DNA from: Sulfurimonas sp.
GTDB lineage: Bacteria > Campylobacterota > Campylobacteria > Campylobacterales > Sulfurimonadaceae
Reading direction: 5' to 3'
Assembly: GCA_027063645.1 (NCBI GenBank)
Contig: JAMORK010000037.1
Span: 4,200-68,199 of the forward strand
Length of the DNA stretch: 64,000 nucleotides
Shown here: one piece after another, positions 50,038 to 59,195 of the stretch
How the letters are laid out: every line of letters begins with the position of its first letter
Position numbering within the stretch: the stretch's first letter is position 1
The notes under the pieces: model-generated
Told to the model about the DNA's origin: nothing
Database searches by the model: none
What the model saw: the letters and a program-made list of their open reading frames with translations, nothing else
Program-made: the position numbers and the translations under genes

Positions 50038-50693
50038 TGAAGCATATAGATAAAAAGATATTCTATGTTATTCTTTTTTTAGCTCTTATATCGAGTCTTC
50101 TTACTGCTCTTATTTTAGGTTTTGTCTATGAGGAAAAACTACAAACTTATAAACTCACACAGAAGAAACAACAAAAACAAGAAAAAGAGCTTTTAAAACA
50201 AAAACTTCAAGAGAAGTATAAAAAAAGTATGCAACTTTACATCAAAAAAGAGATGGACTCCCTTGAGAAGCAGGAAAAAGAGGCTTTAGCTTTTAAAGTA
50301 CAAGAAGCATATAAAATTATAAAAATTTTGCAAAAATATACGAAATATAAAAATGTGAAAAAAGAGATTGTTGAGCTCTTTAAAGATAGTGATATCTTTA
50401 TAAGTGACTATAATGGAAATGTAATCCTTTTAGGAAAACAGCAACTTGGTGATAGCTCACTTGTGGAGTATGTAGATAAAGATGCAAGATCTATAGTCTT
50501 AGAAGAGATCCAAAAGGTAAAACGCCACGGAGAAGGTTTTTTAACAACTACAAATAGTGTGAGTGGAGAAAAAGAGGTCATTTTTGTAAAAAATGTAAAA
50601 GAGTTAGATTGGTTTATAGGTTCTGTTGTAAAGATTGAAGAGAAAAAGAATCAAAAAATGCAAGAGTATAACAAACTCTTGCAAGGTATCTAA
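50037..50693 (+). CDS. Single-TM protein with Cache-like domain
   Basis: N-terminal TM, Lys/Gln coiled coil, then IFISDYNGNV...GEGF....KEVIFVK...LDWFIGS (Cache-like). Confidence 0.6.
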   Translation: MKHIDKKIFYVILFLALISSLLTALILGFVYEEKLQTYKLTQKKQQKQEKELLKQKLQEKYKKSMQLYIKKEMDSLEKQEKEALAFKVQEAYKIIKILQKYTKYKNVKKEIVELFKDSDIFISDYNGNVILLGKQQLGDSSLVEYVDKDARSIVLEEIQKVKRHGEGFLTTTNSVSGEKEVIFVKNVKELDWFIGSVVKIEEKKNQKMQEYNKLLQGI

Positions 50694-50707
50694 AGGGAGT
50701 AAAAAAC

Positions 50708-51097
50708 TTAGTAGGCTACTTGAAGGTTACGTGTTTGTGCATATCTTTTGACGATATTCTCAAGTCTCATCGATACAAAAAATGCTACACCTAAGGTCAT
50801 AAGTACAGAATATGCATAATCTAAATGGGAAAGATGTGCCAAGACACCAAACCCTAAAAGAGGGATAAGGACAAAGAAAAATCCAACAATAAGTTTAATT
50901 TTCATTTTCACACTATTCTCAAAAGCATCTTTATTACCAATAGTACACCCTAGAGGATTTTCTTGAAGCTTTTCTAATTCAAGGAGTACATCTACATTTG
51001 GGTCTTTTCGTGTGTAAGAAGACTCCACTTTTTCAAATATATTTTTGACTCTGTTACATAAAAAAGTATCAGTAGTATCTAAAAAAAGTTTTAGCAT
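50708..51097 (-). CDS. Hypothetical membrane protein (2 TM)
   Basis: 129-aa ORF filling the gap between neighbours; two hydrophobic segments. Confidence 0.6.
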   Translation of the reverse strand: MLKLFLDTTDTFLCNRVKNIFEKVESSYTRKDPNVDVLLELEKLQENPLGCTIGNKDAFENSVKMKIKLIVGFFFVLIPLLGFGVLAHLSHLDYAYSVLMTLGVAFFVSMRLENIVKRYAQTRNLQVAY

Positions 51098-51144
51098 AAT
51101 AGACTCACTTATAGTTAATATAAGCTAATTATATCATAAAATAA

Positions 51145-52464
51145 TTAAAACTTATAGCCACCTATAAGGCGTAAAGAAAAAGTGTTGGGTTCATTATCTA
51201 AATCTACATGCTCGTATGTACCTGTAAAATAGACACCTTTTTTACTACCATAGCTAAGACGAATACCATTAAGAGCCATAGCACTTTGTGCTATTCCATT
51301 TGCATTTTGAGAGTGAGAACTGTCTAGGTTAAAGTAAGTGTATCTATATGCTAACGATAAATTGTCAATACCAACTTTTGAAAAGTTATAAGCAATCTGA
51401 GCCTTATATGAAGCAGCATTTTGAAGACTACCCGCTTCAAAAAAGTGAAAAATCATACCATTTGCAAAGTATGCATAACCACCAAATGCACCAAGTGTAG
51501 CACCTTGACCCTCTCCATTGGTATATTTGCTTATACCTGTTGCAAACTCAATTCCATTAGAAAAGTCACCATCAAATCTAGCACTATATAAAGTGTAATC
51601 AATTTTGGTTGAAGCTTCAGCAGTAGCTAGGTAACCCACCTCTTTAAAGTTTATAAGCTGTGCACCAATATCGTAGTTAAAATCTCCTAGTGAGCTTGTA
51701 TAATCATACTGTATAAAAAGTGTGTTATACATATCTTGCCCATAATAGTTCCAAACCTGTAAGTTATGGTGTTTATTGTCATTGTACTCTAAAGCAGCGA
51801 AGTAGATACCTTTGTTTCCTATCTTTTGCTTATCGTCACTATCAATAAAAGAGGCATCACTCATACTATGAAATTTTGTTCCATCAGTTGCACTATCCCA
51901 AACACCAGCCATCTTGTAAAAATAACCTGCAGTTAAATTCAAATTTTCTATAGAGCTATTTTTATAATAAGCGAGTTCAAAACTATTTGCAAGCATATAG
52001 TAGTCATCTGTGTCAATCATTGGAGTTGCAAGTTCTTCACGACCAATAAGAAGTTTATTTTCTTTATCTTCATAAGAGAGGTAAGCCTCTTGTAAAATTA
52101 TAAAAGATTCTCTTTTATTTGGATCGAAAACAAAAGTACGACTTTCATATTTTTCATCATTAATCCCAAAATCAGTAGCACCTGCTAAGGTAAGCTTAGC
52201 GCGAATAGGATTACTTTTTGGGCTGCTAATGGAGAGCTTTGGCATGGTGTAAATACCTTGGGAATCGATATGCCCTTTATTTGTATTGGGGTTTGTGGGA
52301 ACTATATCACCATTTGCGTCTATATTTAGGGGTTTATTTTTATAATCATACTGTACCCAACCTGCACGGATATCTCCAGATATCTCCCATCCATTTAGCA
52401 TCTCAGCCATAAGGGAAGATGACAATAATCCTAATGAAACTAAAGAGAATAGAATTTTTTTCAT
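51145..52464 (-). CDS. OprD-family / Campylobacterota outer-membrane porin
   Basis: Signal peptide MKKILFSLVSLGLLSSSLMA (ATG 52464), ILQEAYLSY, GREELATP, alternating beta-strand pattern, C-terminal RLIGGYKF with terminal Phe. Confidence 0.8.
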   Translation of the reverse strand: MKKILFSLVSLGLLSSSLMAEMLNGWEISGDIRAGWVQYDYKNKPLNIDANGDIVPTNPNTNKGHIDSQGIYTMPKLSISSPKSNPIRAKLTLAGATDFGINDEKYESRTFVFDPNKRESFIILQEAYLSYEDKENKLLIGREELATPMIDTDDYYMLANSFELAYYKNSSIENLNLTAGYFYKMAGVWDSATDGTKFHSMSDASFIDSDDKQKIGNKGIYFAALEYNDNKHHNLQVWNYYGQDMYNTLFIQYDYTSSLGDFNYDIGAQLINFKEVGYLATAEASTKIDYTLYSARFDGDFSNGIEFATGISKYTNGEGQGATLGAFGGYAYFANGMIFHFFEAGSLQNAASYKAQIAYNFSKVGIDNLSLAYRYTYFNLDSSHSQNANGIAQSAMALNGIRLSYGSKKGVYFTGTYEHVDLDNEPNTFSLRLIGGYKF

Positions 52465-52480
52465 TTTGTTGCTTTTATTA

Positions 52481-53485
52481 TTATTGTGCATAAGGATTTA
52501 GGTGCAGTTTATTGATTATGTATTTAATTGCTAGTTGTGCACGAACACTATTTCCATAAGTATCTAAAGGTGGAGAAACAACTGCAATTCCAAATTCACC
52601 AGGAACAATCGCTATGATACCGCCACCAACACCACTTTTAGCAGGTGCACCTGTGTCATATAACCAATCACCAGCATTGTCATAAAGACCAGCTGTTGCC
52701 ATAATAGCCATAATCTTTGGTGTATATTTTGCAGCAATAACTCTTGATTTTGTTACAGGGTTGACACCATGGTTTGCAATGGTTGAAGCCATAACAGCTA
52801 AATCATGTGAAGAAACATTCATAGAACACTGTTTTGTGTAAACTGTTGTTGCCTCAAGTGGATCACTTCCCATTCTTCCATAAGCATCAAGAAGTTTGCT
52901 TATTGCTTGATTTCTTTTATTGTCATTGACTTCAGAATCATATACATCTTTGTTAAGTTTTAAATTACGTCCTGCATAAGCAGACATATTTGCAGAGATT
53001 TTTCTCCAACGCTCTTGAGAATCTTTAGCACTTACCCAAGATGTGCTTTGGATTGCACCAGCATTGACAAAAGGGTTTGAAGCACTTCCCCCATGTTGCT
53101 CTATGGCAATTATGGAGTTAAAAGCAGCACCCGTGGCGTTTACTCCAATCTTTTCTTGAACAAATTTAGAACCTTTTTCACTCATAACAAGAGCAGCAGT
53201 AAAAACTTTAGAGATAGACTGAATAGAAACAAGTTGTTTTGTATTTCCAATCTCATATACATTACCATTTTTATCGACCATAGTAATACCAAAGATATCT
53301 GGATCAACTATGTCAAGAGCTTTAATATAGTCGGCATTTTTTCCACCAACATCACCCTTGTATTTTGTATAAGCTTCTTGTAAGACCTGATTAATCTGCT
53401 CTTTAGTTAAATCTGCAGCTAAGAGAGAGGAGAAGGAGAAGACAATTAAGAGACCTATTAGAAGTTTGAAGCTCTTGTTTAACAT
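52481..53485 (-). CDS. glsA: Glutaminase A with N-terminal signal peptide
   Basis: ADYI, SIQSISK (catalytic SxxK), NPFVNAGA, Y..QCS, GLYD..G.W....G.PAKSGVGGG, SPPLD..GNS. Confidence 0.92.
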   Translation of the reverse strand: MLNKSFKLLIGLLIVFSFSSLLAADLTKEQINQVLQEAYTKYKGDVGGKNADYIKALDIVDPDIFGITMVDKNGNVYEIGNTKQLVSIQSISKVFTAALVMSEKGSKFVQEKIGVNATGAAFNSIIAIEQHGGSASNPFVNAGAIQSTSWVSAKDSQERWRKISANMSAYAGRNLKLNKDVYDSEVNDNKRNQAISKLLDAYGRMGSDPLEATTVYTKQCSMNVSSHDLAVMASTIANHGVNPVTKSRVIAAKYTPKIMAIMATAGLYDNAGDWLYDTGAPAKSGVGGGIIAIVPGEFGIAVVSPPLDTYGNSVRAQLAIKYIINKLHLNPYAQ

Positions 53486-53584
53486 TTAAAATCCTTTTAA
53501 AATATTTTATAGTTAAAGTATATCTAAAAACCTATTCAATAAAATTAAATATTGAAATTATAAACTTTTCGCTATCATATTATT

Positions 53585-53773
53585 ATGAAAATTCAAACAC
53601 AATACAATTATGAAAAAATATGGACAACTACACAAGAGAAAGAGCTTTTAAAAATTATAGAAGAGGAGGTGGGTGATGCTGATCCTGCTGGAACACTTTT
53701 GTACATTAAAGAGGCTATCAAAGACTCTAAGGTGATTAGTGTGGGTAGTTGTAAATTTAGAAAAGAGGAATAG
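53585..53773 (+). CDS. Small hypothetical protein (62 aa)
   Basis: Its 3' end supplies the SD for mscS; TATCAT -10 sits 6 nt upstream. Confidence 0.6.
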   Translation: MKIQTQYNYEKIWTTTQEKELLKIIEEEVGDADPAGTLLYIKEAIKDSKVISVGSCKFRKEE

Positions 53774-53775
53774 AT

Positions 53776-54609
53776 ATGGATGATCAGTTAGCAGAGGTTA
53801 ATAAGTTTTATGAGATTATAATTGAGTTTATTACAAACTACTCGTTTCAGATTCTTGGGGCGGTTATAGTATTTAGCATAGGGATTGTTGCTTCAAAATA
53901 TGTAAGAACATTTATATTTAATCTTCTTATAAAATATAAGATAGATGAAACACTCAGTGGTTTCACTGCAAATTTTATTAGATTCTTAATCATTGCAATG
54001 ATGGGGATTATGGCTCTTGGTAAATTGGGAATCTCCATAGCACCATTTATCGCTGCTTTAGGTGCACTTTCTTTAACTGCAGGTTTAGCCCTTCAAGGAA
54101 GTGTATCAAACTTTGCAGCGGGAATCATTCTCGTCATTACAAAACCTTTTAAAATAGGAGACACTATTACAGTACATGAAGTGTATGGCGAGGTTGAAGA
54201 GATTAAACTTGCATATACTGTTCTTGTAAATGAAGATGGTGAACAGATTACCATTCCAAATAAATATATGATTGGAGATGTTCTTGTCAACTCTTTTAAG
54301 TATAGAATTGTTGAGGGGAGTGTAGGTATCGCTTATAATAGTGATGTATCTAGTGCTATTGAGGGAATTAAAAAAATTATTGATGCAGATGAGAATGTAA
54401 GTGATAGTGCTGCTATTGTTGGTATAGAAAAATTTAATGACAGCTCCATAGATATAGGTTACAGATACTGGGCACCAACATCGAGTTTTTTTAAAACACA
54501 ATATAGTATTAATTTTAAAGTACTTGAGTATCTTCGCAAAGAAAATATTACAATTCCGTTCCCACAACGAGAGATAAAAATAGTGGGAGAAAATATTGCT
54601 ACAAAATAA
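53776..54609 (+). CDS. mscS: Small-conductance mechanosensitive channel
   Basis: GLALQGSVSNFAAG, KPFKIGD, IPN, VGIAY.SD, ITIPFPQREI. Confidence 0.93.
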   Translation: MDDQLAEVNKFYEIIIEFITNYSFQILGAVIVFSIGIVASKYVRTFIFNLLIKYKIDETLSGFTANFIRFLIIAMMGIMALGKLGISIAPFIAALGALSLTAGLALQGSVSNFAAGIILVITKPFKIGDTITVHEVYGEVEEIKLAYTVLVNEDGEQITIPNKYMIGDVLVNSFKYRIVEGSVGIAYNSDVSSAIEGIKKIIDADENVSDSAAIVGIEKFNDSSIDIGYRYWAPTSSFFKTQYSINFKVLEYLRKENITIPFPQREIKIVGENIATK

Positions 54610-54982
54610 TGATATAGCAAAATTACTTTTAAGAGTTGCTCTTGGGGTACTCATACTTTTTCATGGTATACATAAATTAATTTATGGAGTGAGTGGGGTG
54701 GAGGCTATGTTAAGTAATGCAGGGTTGCCACAACTCTTAGCCTATGGCGTTTATGTTGGAGAACTGATAGCTCCCATTTTTATTATTTTAGGTCTTTATG
54801 CAAGAGTGGCATCGCTTCTTTTGTCGTTCAATATGCTTATGGCTATCTATTTAGCTTATGGGTTTTCTTACTCCTTATCTAAGTTTGGTGGACTTTCATA
54901 CGAAACGCCATTACTCTTTATGATAATGTCTCTTTTAGTTTTTCTTTTTGGTTCTGGTAGATATAGTGTAAATACAAAATAG
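54596..54982 (+). CDS. DoxX family membrane protein
   Basis: LLLRVALG...FHG.HKL, GEL....IILGL.AR, GSGRYS. Confidence 0.88.
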   Translation: MLQNNDIAKLLLRVALGVLILFHGIHKLIYGVSGVEAMLSNAGLPQLLAYGVYVGELIAPIFIILGLYARVASLLLSFNMLMAIYLAYGFSYSLSKFGGLSYETPLLFMIMSLLVFLFGSGRYSVNTK

Positions 54983-54991
54983 GAAATATAG

Positions 54992-57900
54992 GTGCAAAAA
55001 AATAAAAAAATAGATAAAGTTTCATGGTACCAGTCACTAAGTACCAGACTTCTATTTTGGTTTTTAGCACTCTCTTTAATCCCTTTAATAACAGTGATGT
55101 ATATTAACAATGAATCAACAACACAAAATATTAAAGAGGACACCTACAAAACTCTTCAAGAAACACTTGCTCTTCAAAAAAAGTTTTTAAAAAATTGGTT
55201 TTATTATAGAGAGATTGATGTTTCAAACTGGTCTCAAGTGGAAAAAAATGTAGATTTTTTGCGCTTACTCAAAACAACATTCAAGCAAGAGAAGCTTCCT
55301 CTTAACGAGTTCCTTAAAACAAAGAATTACCAGGAAATTGTTGATCAGATGGAAGATGATATGCTTACATTAAAAAGTCATTATGATTATATATATGACA
55401 TTTTTTTGATTGATGCAGAAGGAAATATTCTCTATACCGTGGAGGAGGAGGATGACTTAGGGACAAATCTCCTTGATGGTAAATATGCAAAGACAAAATT
55501 TTCTCATGCCTATAGACAAACATTAGAAGATGGTTTTATGCATTTTTCTGACTTAGAGCTTTATGAACCTTCTGCGGGAATAATAGCAGGTTTTATAACA
55601 GCACCTTTGATTAATAAACAGGGTAAAAGAATTGGAGTTTATGCAATACAAATTCGCCTAGACAGAATCTATAAACTTTTTGAGAGTGATTTTGAAGAAA
55701 ATTTATTTATTAATTATTTAGTGGGAGAAGATGGTTATTTACGAAGTGCAATTAACTCAAAGGATGAGATTTTAAAATTAAAAATTGATACACTTCAATA
55801 TCAAGAGTGGAGAGGAGATTGTCAGTCAACTCGTAAGCTTATGGAACATAAAGAGAGTATTTTAACTTATACAAACCCTTTTGGTGTAGCTGTATATGGA
55901 ATTCATAAAAATATAAATATTCTTGGTGTGCAGTGGGGACTTATTAGCGAGATAGAGGTGAAAAAAGTACATGCTATTACTAGAAAAGTTGTAGAGGAGT
56001 CTTTGTTCATCTTTTTTTTCACAGGCTTTATTGTTACTGTCATAGCACTGCTTATCTCTCGACATATAGTAAAACCGATTGAAAATCTTTCTCGTACTGC
56101 CATAAAGTTTGCTGATGGTAAACGCGATGTAGTAGCTGATGTGGAGACCAAAGATGAGATAGGACAACTCGCAAACTTCTTCAATAAAATGATAGAGGTG
56201 ATCAGTCGAGATGAGATTAAACTCAAAGAGGCTCATCAAATAGCACAGGAGAGTGTAAAAACAAAGTCTGAATTTTTAGCAAGTATGTCACATGAGATTA
56301 GAACACCTATGAATGGTGTTATAGGGATGTTAGGATTGCTTCTAAAAACAGACCTCGATGAGTCACAACGCCATCAAGCATATTTGGCACAAAGTAGTGC
56401 AAATGCATTGTTGTCGTTAATCAATGATATCTTAGATTTTTCAAAAATTGAGGCTGGAAAACTTGAGATAGAAAAAATTGATTTTGATATACGTAAAGAG
56501 ATTGGAGATTTTGCTGAAGCTATTGCATTTAGATCTCAAGAGAAGGGTGTAGATATCGTTCTAGACCTTGTGGGTATAGAGCAAACTATAATCTCTTCAG
56601 ATCCGGGAAGAATTCGTCAAATACTCACAAATATAGTAGGGAATGCTGTAAAGTTTACTAATGAGGGGTATATCCTTATCGCAGCAAAACTGCTTCCTAT
56701 AGATGATGCAAAAGCAAAACTGATTATAGATGTGAAAGATACCGGGATTGGGATACCACGAGATAAGATAAAAACTCTTTTTGATTCTTTTACACAGGTA
56801 GATGCTTCTACAACAAGAAAATATGGTGGAACTGGACTTGGACTGGCGATTGTAAAGCAATTATGCCAACTTATGGGTGGTGATGTAAGAGTTACAAGTA
56901 TAGAGGGGCAAGGGAGTTTGTTCCGTGTTGAGATAGAAGTTGGAGTAGTAGATAAGGCTTCACTTGTTATTCCTCAAATCCCACTCAAAGGAAAAAAATT
57001 GCATCTTATAGATTCTAAAGAGATGGATGTGAAAGTGCTGAGAAAACAACTTGAGCATTGGAAGATGCAAGTGAGTAGTTCAGATAACTTAAAAGATGGT
57101 ATTGCTACACTTGATGAAACATACAGTGTTGTCTTTGTAGATATCCATTTAGTTTCTAAAAATGTAGAGGCTTTTGCCCAAAAGTTTAAAAAATCTCCAA
57201 AACTTCAGGGGATTAAGTTGGTGATTATGACCTCTATTGTGAACCGTGGAGATATTAATCTTTTTAGTCGCTCTGGATATGATGCCTATTTTCCAAAACC
57301 GGTGACTACAAGTGATCTTTTTAATGCTTTAAATGTACTCTCAAAAGATTTTATAGGTTTAAAAGAGCTAGATAAAAAAAGAGAAGGACCAAAAGATAAA
57401 AAGATAAAATGGCCAAAAGGTGTCAAACTACTTCTTGTGGATGATAACACTACAAATCAGTTAGTTGCCAATGGTATCTTAGATTCTTTAGGTCTGAGTG
57501 CAGATATAGCCAATAATGGAAAGGATGCTATCGATATGATGCTCAAAGCACATAAAGAGGGGGAACCTTACTCCTTGGTGTTTATGGATTGTCAAATGCC
57601 TATTATGGATGGGTATGCGGCTACTATTGCGATCAAGAAGGGGGAGGCAGGAAAGCTTTACAAAAACAGACCGGTGATAGCAATGACGGCAAACGCCATG
57701 CAGGGAGACAAAGAAAAATGTTTTGCTGCAGGGATGGATGACTATATAAGTAAGCCTATAGATCCTGAACTCCTTAAAACAAAACTTATCCATTACCTTT
57801 TAGAAGGCAAGCTTGAGTATGAAGAGTATCATAAAGTCAATCCTCAAAAAGTGCAACAAGCAAACGACACTATTGATAAATCTATATGGAATAAAGATGA

Positions 57901-58201
57901 GGTTTTAGTAAGACTTGGCGGTTCGGAGAAGATTTTAGAGAAGATCTTAGATGTGTTTCAAAAAGAGATGCAAGAGGAGATAGAAAAACTCTCAGAAGCA
58001 CTTCAAAACAAAGATAGAGAGAACATAAGGCTTCATGCTCACACTATTAAAGGGGCATCTTCAAATATGGGTGCAAGTAAGGTTCAACATCTGGCAAAAG
58101 AGATTGAACACTCTTCTAAAGAGGAAGATTTTGAAGTGTTAAAAGAGAAGTATCAGCTTTTACAAAGAGATCTAGAAGAACTCTTACATCTACTTCCTTA
58201 G
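54992..58201 (+). CDS. Hybrid sensor histidine kinase (Cache-HAMP-HisKA-HATPase-REC-REC-Hpt)
   Basis: Two TM segments around a periplasmic domain, [62 protein letters not shown]. Confidence 0.93.
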   Translation: MQKNKKIDKVSWYQSLSTRLLFWFLALSLIPLITVMYINNESTTQNIKEDTYKTLQETLALQKKFLKNWFYYREIDVSNWSQVEKNVDFLRLLKTTFKQEKLPLNEFLKTKNYQEIVDQMEDDMLTLKSHYDYIYDIFLIDAEGNILYTVEEEDDLGTNLLDGKYAKTKFSHAYRQTLEDGFMHFSDLELYEPSAGIIAGFITAPLINKQGKRIGVYAIQIRLDRIYKLFESDFEENLFINYLVGEDGYLRSAINSKDEILKLKIDTLQYQEWRGDCQSTRKLMEHKESILTYTNPFGVAVYGIHKNINILGVQWGLISEIEVKKVHAITRKVVEESLFIFFFTGFIVTVIALLISRHIVKPIENLSRTAIKFADGKRDVVADVETKDEIGQLANFFNKMIEVISRDEIKLKEAHQIAQESVKTKSEFLASMSHEIRTPMNGVIGMLGLLLKTDLDESQRHQAYLAQSSANALLSLINDILDFSKIEAGKLEIEKIDFDIRKEIGDFAEAIAFRSQEKGVDIVLDLVGIEQTIISSDPGRIRQILTNIVGNAVKFTNEGYILIAAKLLPIDDAKAKLIIDVKDTGIGIPRDKIKTLFDSFTQVDASTTRKYGGTGLGLAIVKQLCQLMGGDVRVTSIEGQGSLFRVEIEVGVVDKASLVIPQIPLKGKKLHLIDSKEMDVKVLRKQLEHWKMQVSSSDNLKDGIATLDETYSVVFVDIHLVSKNVEAFAQKFKKSPKLQGIKLVIMTSIVNRGDINLFSRSGYDAYFPKPVTTSDLFNALNVLSKDFIGLKELDKKREGPKDKKIKWPKGVKLLLVDDNTTNQLVANGILDSLGLSADIANNGKDAIDMMLKAHKEGEPYSLVFMDCQMPIMDGYAATIAIKKGEAGKLYKNRPVIAMTANAMQGDKEKCFAAGMDDYISKPIDPELLKTKLIHYLLEGKLEYEEYHKVNPQKVQQANDTIDKSIWNKDEVLVRLGGSEKILEKILDVFQKEMQEEIEKLSEALQNKDRENIRLHAHTIKGASSNMGASKVQHLAKEIEHSSKEEDFEVLKEKYQLLQRDLEELLHLLP

Positions 58202-58209
58202 ATTTGTTT

Positions 58210-58767
58210 TTATGGGTGAGGTACTCTTAAAGTAGAGTTTAGACTCCATCCAATAAGTCCCATCAAAGCGATCACTACGATTGCTGGGATGATTGCATAT
58301 GTGTTGGCAAGATAGACTAACCAAAGTAAGATAGCTCCAAGTGGAGTTGGAACACCAGTAAAGTATTTTTCAACTTCCCCTGCATCGGCATTGATATTGA
58401 AATGGATAAGACGACGTAGTCCTGAAATAACATAATAGATACTTGTAATTGCAGCTACTATAAGTGTTCCACCATCTAAATGAGATGCATATACAGCTTG
58501 AAAAATTAAAAAGACAGGAACAAGTACAAAGCTTAAAAAGTCTGCAAAACTATCGAGTTGTATGCCAAATTCATTACTCAGCTCATATTTCCGAGCGATT
58601 TTACCATCAAATATATCAAAAGCTCCCCCAATCCATGCAAGGATAATTGCAAGAAAAAAGTTGTTTTGAGTGATAAAATAGACGGCAAGTAAACCTGCTG
58701 TAATATTGACAAAGGTAAAAAGGTTTGCAAGATTAAAGTGTGAAGAGGGTGTCCATAAAAATTTCAT
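58210..58767 (-). CDS. pssA: CDP-alcohol phosphatidyltransferase (PssA-like)
   Basis: ANLFT, DIFDGKIARK....EFG.QLDSFADFLSF, FTGVPTP; likely start ATG 58767 (SD AAGG). Confidence 0.8.
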   Translation of the reverse strand: MKFLWTPSSHFNLANLFTFVNITAGLLAVYFITQNNFFLAIILAWIGGAFDIFDGKIARKYELSNEFGIQLDSFADFLSFVLVPVFLIFQAVYASHLDGGTLIVAAITSIYYVISGLRRLIHFNINADAGEVEKYFTGVPTPLGAILLWLVYLANTYAIIPAIVVIALMGLIGWSLNSTLRVPHP

Positions 58768-58838
58768 ATAATGCCTTGGTTTTTTTCTAAGTCGAATTAT
58801 AGCAAAATTCAAAAATATCATAAAGAGTAATTCAATAA

Positions 58839-58941
58839 TAATAAACATTATCATTATTAAGTATTTTATAAGTTGATAACTACTATCATTAGTATAGAAG
58901 TTGTTGTCATAAGCTCTTATTTAATAGATAACAATTATAAT
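58839..58941. promoter_or_regulatory. Three Fur-like boxes and -10 upstream of feoAB
   Basis: Against the 7-1-7 consensus TGATAATnATTATCA: TAATAAAcATTATCA (58839-53), TGATAACtACTATCA (58874-88), AGATAACaATTATAA (58926-40). The last overlaps TATAAT at 58936-41. Confidence 0.7.
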
Positions 58942-58967
58942 ATCGCCAAAAAGAAGAATATTTTAAA

Positions 58968-59195
58968 ATGAATACATTATTAGATTGTCATAAAGCTTGT
59001 CGTGTAAGAGTGGTGAAACTTAATGCTCCTACAGCATTAAAACAAAGACTTATCTCTTTTGGTATTATGAAAAATGCTACGATTGAAGTTCTCGAGCATA
59101 CCCCTGCAAAAAGTACTATAGAGATAAAAGTGGGAAAGATGCGTGTAGCACTTCGTGGTGAAGAAGCTAAAATGATAGAGGTAGAAAAAATATGA
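58968..59195 (+). CDS. feoA: Ferrous iron transport protein A
   Basis: RLISFGI...VALRGEEA..IEV; overlaps the feoB start. Confidence 0.92.
   Translation: MNTLLDCHKACRVRVVKLNAPTALKQRLISFGIMKNATIEVLEHTPAKSTIEIKVGKMRVALRGEEAKMIEVEKI

Noticed and set aside
54106-54654. 182-aa antisense ORF over mscS/doxX
   Set aside because: It lies entirely opposite well-supported genes and has no recognisable motifs. Treated as a shadow ORF.
58768-58854. N-terminal extension of the pssA-like ORF
   Set aside because: It runs through the AT-rich promoter/Fur-box region. ATG 58767 with an AAGG SD is more plausible.
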